Shown piece by piece: positions 54,632 through 64,000 of a stretch of DNA of 64,000 nucleotides (the first letter of the stretch is position 1; the number at the start of each line of letters is the position of its first letter). Both the position numbers and the translations under genes were made by a program. The notes beneath the pieces were generated by a model. It searched no databases, was not told where the DNA came from, and saw only the letters and a program-made list of their open reading frames with translations. This stretch comes from Lama glama (taxonomy: Eukaryota), in the NCBI GenBank assembly GCA_028534125.1, contig CM052839.1:33914001-33978000 (forward strand), given 5' to 3'.

Positions 54632-55976
54632 TTCCAGAATAAAACTGAAAATACACATAAGACAAGGCATAAATACATCTGGTTAAAGAATGAATATAGC
54701 TTCTAAAACTGTCACATTTTTCTTTATAAGCCCTTTTTATCCTTGAGGAAGGAAAAGACTACTTTGAAGGTTTATCTTAGTGGAAATTATAGGTAGTTTT
54801 GGTTTTGCTTATGAGTCAGTTGTAGATAAATTTGTCCAGGCCCAAAGACAAAGTGCCATAATTGGCACTTAAATGAAAAAAAATCACAAGTGGCCATTTG
54901 ATTTAAATTTCAGTTGCTTCCTTGATTAGATACCAACATTTGCAAACTGAAATATTATCTGCGCCTCCCAAATATTACCGTCTTCTGATTTGTCATTGGA
55001 GTAGGTGACCATAATAAAGGCCTGAGTACCACATCAATTTTTCAAGTCTATGTGGGGAAAAAGTTCTCTGTCCTCTTTCTTAAAAGCATAGCTCCTGCCA
55101 TCTGATGATGATGTTCATCGTCTTCCACACCCTCAGCTGTTTAAAACACTAAGCCTACGCGTTTGAGATCCACGTTAAATGAGACAAATGTATATTTGTT
55201 CAAATATGAACTTAGTACAAATTATATCAACAAACTCTTCTTACTGCTATTGAAATAATACTCAGAGGATGAAGTAAGCACTCCACTGTATCAAAGACCT
55301 TAAACAATGGACAATAGCACACAAAGAAGAATGTTTAAGTTTCTTCCTGCTGTGTCTGTCCCTTAGACTCACTGTAGCTGATATTTTTATCTGTAAATCC
55401 ACTCTTCTGTATTCGGAAGAAGAGAGCCTTTGTCACTCTTCTTTCATCTTTAAGACTATTACCTTGAATGATTCTCTCATATAAAAATGGTGGCACATGT
55501 AGTAGAAACTTCTGTCTCAGCTGATGAAGAAAAAGAATGAAAACTGGCCTAAGGCTCTTAGACTGCAATTTCTGACTTTGGTTCTCTGAGTTTAAGGTTC
55601 CAGGAGTAGAGGTTGGCCAGAGTTGGTTTCTCGTAACTCTCAGAAAGGCCTGACTCTGCAAAGGCCCTTCTCTCTGCGTTCTCACTCATGCATAGCCCAG
55701 GAAAAGGTTTGTAGCTAGGAAGAGTTATCAGAAAAGAAGTCAAAAGCAAAGAAGACAGTCTGGGTAGGAAAGATGAAACCAAGTAAGTTTGATCGAAGGT
55801 GGTTTTTCAATAAATTTGCTATTATAATTGTCTCTATGTGTTGTAAGCCCATTTACATGTAGTTTTATTCATTATTTTTCTTTGAAAATTTCCTACATGG
55901 CAAAAGTAGCCAAAGTCACTCTCAGAGGTAAAGTAGCAGTTACGTTAATCAAACACAGATCTGCTGCCATGTTTAA

Positions 55977-56213
<237 letters not shown>

Positions 56214-57058
56214 TAAGAACTTCTGAAGCAGAGAACAAAAAAAAAAAATCACAAAATTTGGGTTACCCAGCATTCACTGGCTTTGAGGACTTGGGCCTCC
56301 ATTATTAATATTCTGATTAATTGAGAATATGTCTAGTAGCTAACATTCAAAATCATCATGATGATCTGTATTGTGCAGAAGGACTAGCCACTGGGTCATG
56401 GAGTGACCTCCTCCTCATATTTCACAGCACCCACAGGTTCTGTGGAAGGTTCAAACCTCAGCTGATCCCTGCTAGCCACGTATGTGCAGGTGTCTGAGAC
56501 TTGCAAAAAGAAAATGTGGTGTATGTAAATTCTAGTTATGTGATTTCCAGATGTTTGGATCTGGATAAATGCTCATTTATATACTTAGGATGGAAAAGAA
56601 AGCATATTGGTTATAATCTTTGAAAATATTTGAGTGGAAAAAAAAGTTCTAAGAGCCCAACAGTGCCAGACTTATCAGAGGCACTTTACCATATTCTGTT
56701 CAGTCATAAATATTCACTGCAGGCAGGCTGCAACCCCTAGAGGTCAATAAAATGGCACTGACATAGGCAGTAACTTGTGTTGGCACTTCCATTATGGGGT
56801 TTTTAGTCTACATCTTGGCCTTTGTTATGTTAGATTCTTTTTTACTTAGTGGCTGAGTCAGACATCTAGAGTCGAGTTCTTCTCACTTGGCTGTGCCTAA
56901 GAGAGTCAGAGATCAAATCTTATACTAGATTATGCAGGAACCAGAGGGGGTTCCTGCAGTGGGAAGTTACATTAAAGGTGACCTACCTGTTCGGCGGTGG
57001 AAATGCACACAGTGTAGGGGATGGTGTGCGTGTCTGCTCGGCAGCTCTTCCTGGCTGA

Positions 57059-57217
<159 letters not shown>

Positions 57218-58554
57218 TAGGATGCCAGAGCTGGGCAGTCAGTACCCAGAATAACCCAAGGAACTCATGATTTCCACTGATGGGTCCCAGGACTGTTGAG
57301 AATGGATATCATTAATCCAGTTGGTTAGAAAAACAAAATCCATCTCCTCTCTCCTCATATACAGTAGGACCCTTCTAATTATGACATTCTCTATTTCTTT
57401 ATGGCTTGAGGGGTTTTTGGTATCCCAATCAAATTTATACATTCTAAGCTCTTTAATTCAATCAGTGATTTCCAAAGTGTGAATTTTTAATGTACACCCA
57501 ATAAATGTTCATCTTCCAGGAATTATATTTTGACCTTAACATTATCAATTCTTTCCTAAGCCTGCACAACTAGTATTTTCCTTGTATCCAAAGGAGGCAA
57601 ACAGAGGTTGAAACAGTTGTTGACAGTGGGGACCCTATTTGAGGAATCCGGATATTATTATCCTCCTGTTGTAATAAATTCCTTTTGACATTTACCAACA
57701 TTCACCTATTCCTGGTGAATGGGGAAAAAATGAAAGGAAATTGTGGTCAACTATCAAAAGCATTTCAGGCTCCTTCGAAATGCTGTGTCCTCAGTCACCT
57801 ATGCGAAGCAGTGGTGGGTGATGGTGGACCTCTGTTGTAGAAAAGCACAAGTCACTGGTGACTCTACAGTGCCACCTACTGGAGCTTGAGCATTTATATG
57901 AAGCAGGAGGTAGTGTGACTGACCAGCCTTGACTACATTCCAGTTAGCCTCCCCTGTTAGTAAACTGGATCTAATCATCTATAATTAATGTCCACAAGCA
58001 CATACTCTTCAAGGAAACAAACCTCCTGAATTATCATACCCAGGCTGGAGCAGCTGAAGGGTAGTTGAGTTAGGAAGAAAGCAAGATTTCTTCTAAGATT
58101 TCAAACTACAACTCAGTCAAAGACTTATTGGATCTCTAGCACTCTCCTCCAAAGAAGATTTGTCTCCTCAGACTCACAAAACTAGGTCAGAGTCAGAGAA
58201 CTGTTCTCCCAGCATGCAAAGTGGTTCTTACTTCCCCAGTACAAGCCACCAAACAAACCTGGTTTCATGATATCTACCCTTACTTCTGCTAAGAAGGGAC
58301 AGCGGGAGCAAGGGGGATATACCTAGATTCTCAGGATAAGACATGGCTGGAGTAAATGTCCCAGAACCACTCGACTCTACTGGAAAAGGCAGGATGACTT
58401 CAGCCACTGATAAGCTTTGGGTGACTGCACAGTGTCTGCCGCAAGCCAGTAGAAGCCCATCAGGCCCAGATTCCAGACATTTGTTCTTACACTGCAGACA
58501 TTCTGCTCTTTGGACTGTTTCATTTTTTTTTCACACTTAAATCAGAGACTTTGA

Positions 58555-59370
58555 CTAAATCAACAAATTCTACAAATGTTTATTTAGCCTGCATTATTTG
58601 CAAAACACTATGGTAGGAACTATGAGTGATTTTTTTTCTAATTAATACAGTATAATCTGTGTCTTTAAAAGGTCCATAATCTGACAAGGAAGGGCTAAAA
58701 CAAAGATAAATAACTGCCTTAAAGAGCAGAGGCTCCTAAGTGCTCTAATAGAGGTGTTTGAGTTAGAACAGGACAGACTTTGAAATTTGAATAAGAAAAA
58801 TGTTCTGTATTCAGGGAGGGGAAATCATGTAAATGAAAGGTCAGAGAGGAGGAACGATACACAACAGGTTTGGGGAAATGTGCAAGTTGTCCAGGGATTA
58901 ACGTGAGGACTACTGGGAAATAAAATTGGAAACATATGTAAAAAGAAATTGAAAAGGGACAGACTTAAAAGAGTACGGACTTATGGGAGGGCAAGAGAAA
59001 GCCTTTCAAGACTTTTAAAAAGGGAATTGATGTCAGAATTGTGCTTTAAAAAAAAAATCACTCTGGCAGTAGTGGGACTAGTAGTTGTTGATGAAGGGAC
59101 GGTAGTAGGCCAGGGGATTAATTAGGTAGCCGTTGTCATAGAAGAGATGAGAGTGATGGTTAATCCAGGTGCAGTAGCTGTTAAGATAGAACAGGAAGGC
59201 CAAGTGCAAAAAGGGTTTTGGATACAAAGATTGATTACATGTAGGAAATAAGGATAGGTGAGTTGAAGATACACCAAAGTTTTTAAATGGATGTTTGGGA
59301 GAACTGTGATTCCATTAACTACAAGGGGAATAAAAAGAGAGAAGAGGAAGATTACAAATTGAATTTTCAA
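58555..59370 (-). mobile_element. L2 remnant
   Basis: caacaaat...atgtttatttagc...aaatcactctggcagtagtg. Confidence 0.55.
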
Positions 59371-60871
59371 AGTAAGTTGAATATATGGGTGTATTCATAC
59401 GAATTCATATGAATCTCCTTTTAATTTCTTAAATTTCAGCTTTCCTGATGTTTGGAAAATCAGTTTATCTGTAACATACATCCAGAACCTTCTTATCCTG
59501 ATTTTTCCACCACTAGAGACTCTGTCCAGGGAATTTATGGATGTTGCATCTGCAAAAACTCTTTAGAGTCTGTCCAATATCCAAATCCATTCCATGTTAG
59601 AGAGTCAGTGTTTTCATTGCAAACTACACCATTGTGAAAAGATAACCCAGGACATAGAAGGCGCTCATCGGGGTTAGAGGTGTGATTCCTTCCAGCCCTT
59701 CATCCTTTTATGGGAAGCCGCAAAGTCTGGTTACCTGACCTCTAGGGATACAGAGGTGATAGGCCAGATAACTGCAGAGTAGCCCCTGAGCCTGGCCGTG
59801 GCAGGGCCTAAGCTTGACCTGACATCTGAATCCTGTCCAGCTGGGGAGGCAGCCTGGAAAGTGTGCTGTGTGTGCAGTAAGTTGATCTCTAATTTCTCAG
59901 TAAGTATGACATGCCAGCTTTGGGAAAAGAATTGTCTCAGGTACTCCTCAAAACTAGCAAGGGAATGAGAGGCTGTTTGCCATCCAGAGCTTACAGTCTA
60001 GGCTGAGAACCAAAAGTATGTTGAATTTTAGACTAGTTGCAAAACTTTATGTCAAATGTGCTTGCTCTTTATAGGTGAAAATAGAAATGCTGAAGGAAAG
60101 AAGACACAGAATATAAAAGGGGCTAAGAGTGGGGATGGGGTTATTGAAGGCTGACTAGTCTAATTCAACTCCTCATTCCCTTTGTGGCCGGGGCTCAGTC
60201 TCTTCCCATGAGACCGTTTCCCTCACATTCTGGGGAGGGAGAAAGTGGCCTGGTACTGTCATCAATGGTAAACATGTTCTGAGCTCCTATTTTATGAGAT
60301 CCTCTCAAGGAGGTTATACTATTATAAATTGAAGACTTTTGCTGAGTTCAGAAAATACTTGTTGAGAATTTATTACATATAAGTGGGGGATACATTAAAA
60401 AAAAAGATTACTAACAGAATAAGGTAATATACATTAAGCAGATTCAAGATGAGGGAACGGTGAACAGGAGAATCTTCTTGGAGACAAGGATTTGAGATGG
60501 TTCCTAGAAAATGGGTAAAAGTGGAGCAACTTGTGGAGAAAGAAAAGATGTTCCACACACAGGGGCAACATAACCAGAAGTGAGGATACAGAAATACTTA
60601 CAGGAGATTTTAGAGACAGTGGATACATCCATTTTGGCCAGAGTAGAGGATTCTCACAGGGGAGTAGTGAAACTGAAGGACAGACAGTAAGCTTGGGGAT
60701 AGATTGTGCAGAACCAAGGACACCCAGTAAAAGAGGTGGACTCTCTTCTACTAACGGCTTGTCGGGTCAGTTTTTTAAACAGTTTTATCCAAAGATAACT
60801 CACATACCAGAAACAAAAGCTGTGCTTTGGCTGAGTGTTCACCTTAAGTACCAGCTCCCCTCCTGCTGTGA

Positions 60872-61180
<309 letters not shown>

Positions 61181-61394
61181 TGATAAAAGTTCTCAGATCT
61201 ATACTTGCTAGAGGGCAGGAATATTCAAAACACCATTAAAGACCAAAAATATACATATGGCCTGGAATACCATGGCTGCCCAGCCTGGTTCAAACCTGCA
61301 GTTGAATAAAGGGCAGGCAGCAGCCAGAGCCCTGAGTAGAGTAGTGCTCAGCCGTGACACCTGTGTTAACTGCACTGCTTGATCCGTGTCCTAG

Positions 61395-61610
<216 letters not shown>

Positions 61611-61928
61611 TGAGTGTGTGTAGTTTTCCCTCTGCCCTGGCCTAGTTATTGTCCGAGTGAACAGAAGGACTCTCGGCCCAGAGAAGGCACCATCTGAGCC
61701 GTGATCCACACTTCCCTGTGTGCAGAACCACACGGTCACCTGCCATGTCCCTGCAGCCTTCGCCAGGAGGCTGCTCTGACCTTAAGCACATCTCTGTGCT
61801 GATGCCTCTGTAGCAGCCCCACCCGTGAGCATCCTGGATCCCTGCACTGCCATGAGCCTTTGCTTTCCCTTGCTCTGTATGTGCTTCGGACTCTCAAGTC
61901 CCTGCTGCTGTTGTCCCATCCGCTCCCC

Positions 61929-62301
61929 NNNNNNNNNNNNNNNNNNNNNNNNNNNNNNNNNNNNNNNNNNNNNNNNNNNNNNNNNNNNNNNNNNNNNNNN
62001 NNNNNNNNNNNNNNNNNNNNNNNNNNNNNNNNNNNNNNNNNNNNNNNNNNNNNNNNNNNNNNNNNNNNNNNNNNNNNNNNNNNNNNNNNNNNNNNNNNNN
62101 NNNNNNNNNNNNNNNNNNNNNNNNNNNNNNNNNNNNNNNNNNNNNNNNNNNNNNNNNNNNNNNNNNNNNNNNNNNNNNNNNNNNNNNNNNNNNNNNNNNN
62201 NNNNNNNNNNNNNNNNNNNNNNNNNNNNNNNNNNNNNNNNNNNNNNNNNNNNNNNNNNNNNNNNNNNNNNNNNNNNNNNNNNNNNNNNNNNNNNNNNNNN
62301 N
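61929..62301. other. N-gap (373 nt), probably containing a TANC2 exon or microexon
   Basis: Preceded by a pyrimidine- and TGC-rich tract; no further TANC2 coding sequence visible after 61527. Confidence 0.65.
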
Positions 62302-62817
62302 AGTTGGTAAATAATTCAGGCATCTGTAAACTAATCGAGTTAACCTCTTCTTTCTCTCTGTGGGTAAAGTAGTCCTCAGTAGTGTTGGCTTGTTTCACGT
62401 CTGTCTGACACTGGGACTGTGCTCCTGGTTCAGCGTGAATTCCGGGAGTCCTAGTCAATACTTACAAATTAAGGGAGCCTTTAGTCTTTAATGGTTTCCC
62501 TTCTGCAAAGTACATCTTTAAAAATTAAGAGACTAAATAAAGCTGGGGGGTTTGAGTCCCAGATTCTGAAATAAATTACCTTTTTGGATTTTTTAAATCT
62601 TATGGTGACATTTAACATAAACCCTTTCTCCCAGTTTCCTTATTTAAAATAACTCCAGACTAAGCCATCGCCTGCCCCAATACAGCATGCAGGCTCTGCT
62701 GCCCTCCTGTGGTGCAAACTCAGACAGTTCACATATTCTTATTTTAAGGTGAATACAAATCCAACGCAGCTTCTTGGCAGTGGGAGTCACTAGGACACTC
62801 CCAGGTCTAAAAGATGA

Positions 62818-63053
62818 NNNNNNNNNNNNNNNNNNNNNNNNNNNNNNNNNNNNNNNNNNNNNNNNNNNNNNNNNNNNNNNNNNNNNNNNNNNNNNNNNNN
62901 NNNNNNNNNNNNNNNNNNNNNNNNNNNNNNNNNNNNNNNNNNNNNNNNNNNNNNNNNNNNNNNNNNNNNNNNNNNNNNNNNNNNNNNNNNNNNNNNNNNN
63001 NNNNNNNNNNNNNNNNNNNNNNNNNNNNNNNNNNNNNNNNNNNNNNNNNNNNN
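62818..63053. other. N-gap (236 nt), probably containing a TANC2 exon leading to the TPR region
   Basis: Position after the last ankyrin exon; inference from the pattern of the other gaps. Confidence 0.55.
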
Positions 63054-64000
63054 AAGTTCCCTCAAAACAGCCACTGACTGTTTTCCAGATGTAGAATCTA
63101 CCAGTCTTGACCGTTCTCATCCTTGGTTCTAGAGGCAAAGGGAGAATGCCAGCCCTCAAAGGTGGGCTTTGTAGGGTGAGGGTCTCAGGTCTTTGTTTTC
63201 TCAGCAAGAGAGCAAGAGTAACCTAAACGTGCCCGCAGCCGATGAACCTAAAAAGCGAGTTCTGCCTGGTCACTGGCGGGCGGTTACATAGATGCTGCAT
63301 GAACTCTGCTCACTGGAGCCCAGAAGCCATGGGACAAGTAAAAGAAAAATTACGTAGTGCAGATATTTCCAGTCTGTGGGAAAGAGGCACTGATCTTAGC
63401 TTTCCTATTTAATATATACACAGATTTTAAAGTCTATGGTAATAATAGCTTATCAGCATCCCTGAATAAGATAAGAAAACTGAGACAAATAGCAATTATA
63501 AGATTTGCTTGAAGCCACTCACTGAGTGACAACCAGAGTGTGGAAGGTGGCGTCTTTTGTACTCACAGTTCAAGCCGAAGGCACCGCACCCTAACACAGA
63601 CTCCCATCCCTAGGAACATTCCACGTCAGGGTTATCTTGTTGTGTTAAGATTAGCTGAGTCGTCTTCTAAAGGAAATACAAATCCAACCCAGCTTTTGGC
63701 AGCAAGCGTCACTGAGACATGCTCAGGCCCAAAGATGAGGAAATGCTTTGAAGCACGTCATTCTTGCCTTGTGTGAGGAGTGTACAGAATTCCTGGGAGT
63801 CGAGTTGTATTTCCTGAGGACCCTTTGAGTGAGTCGTAATAATCTAGAGCCCCTAGGCTTCTAGGTAACTTGAGTGCTGACCCAACTGTGATTTCACATG
63901 ACTTCAAAGAAGGGCCTCCCTCGGTGTCACACTTACAGACTTGAGAATGGCATTGCTGTCAAGGATCTAAGCCCTGTTGGTAACATAATTTCCGGTGTTC

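Noticed and set aside
61736-63207. Long ORFs spanning N-runs
   Set aside because: Length is created by X codons from gaps.

Overview
Mammalian genomic DNA, mostly intronic, covering the middle of the TANC2 gene (ankyrin/TPR scaffold with an N-terminal P-loop NTPase region) on the + strand. Ten coding exons are fully visible with canonical AG/GT boundaries and consistent phases (6462-6693 to 61395-61527). One more is partly visible (18558-18777), and two or three others appear hidden in N-runs. Four tRNA-Ala-derived SINEs resembling the camelid Vic-1 family suggest a camelid genome (inference). The introns carry old L2, MIR, MER20, MER63, MER58 and MLT1 relics plus several L1 pieces, some with target-site duplications (TSDs). 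The best novel candidate is an internal promoter and alternative first exon at about 22840-23025: ATTGG, CCACGTCA, TATAAAG, ATG-ACC-ACA-AAA-TG, then a GTGAGT donor. Its phase fits the exon at 33692, predicting a short MTTKW-SGHTLL... isoform lacking the NTPase region. A strong minus-strand splice donor lies just upstream. Other notes: N-gaps fall preferentially on conserved exons, there is a candidate 13-nt frameshifting microexon, and inverted SINEs flank a 360-nt exon pair. Repeat family names come from recognition, not database searches.
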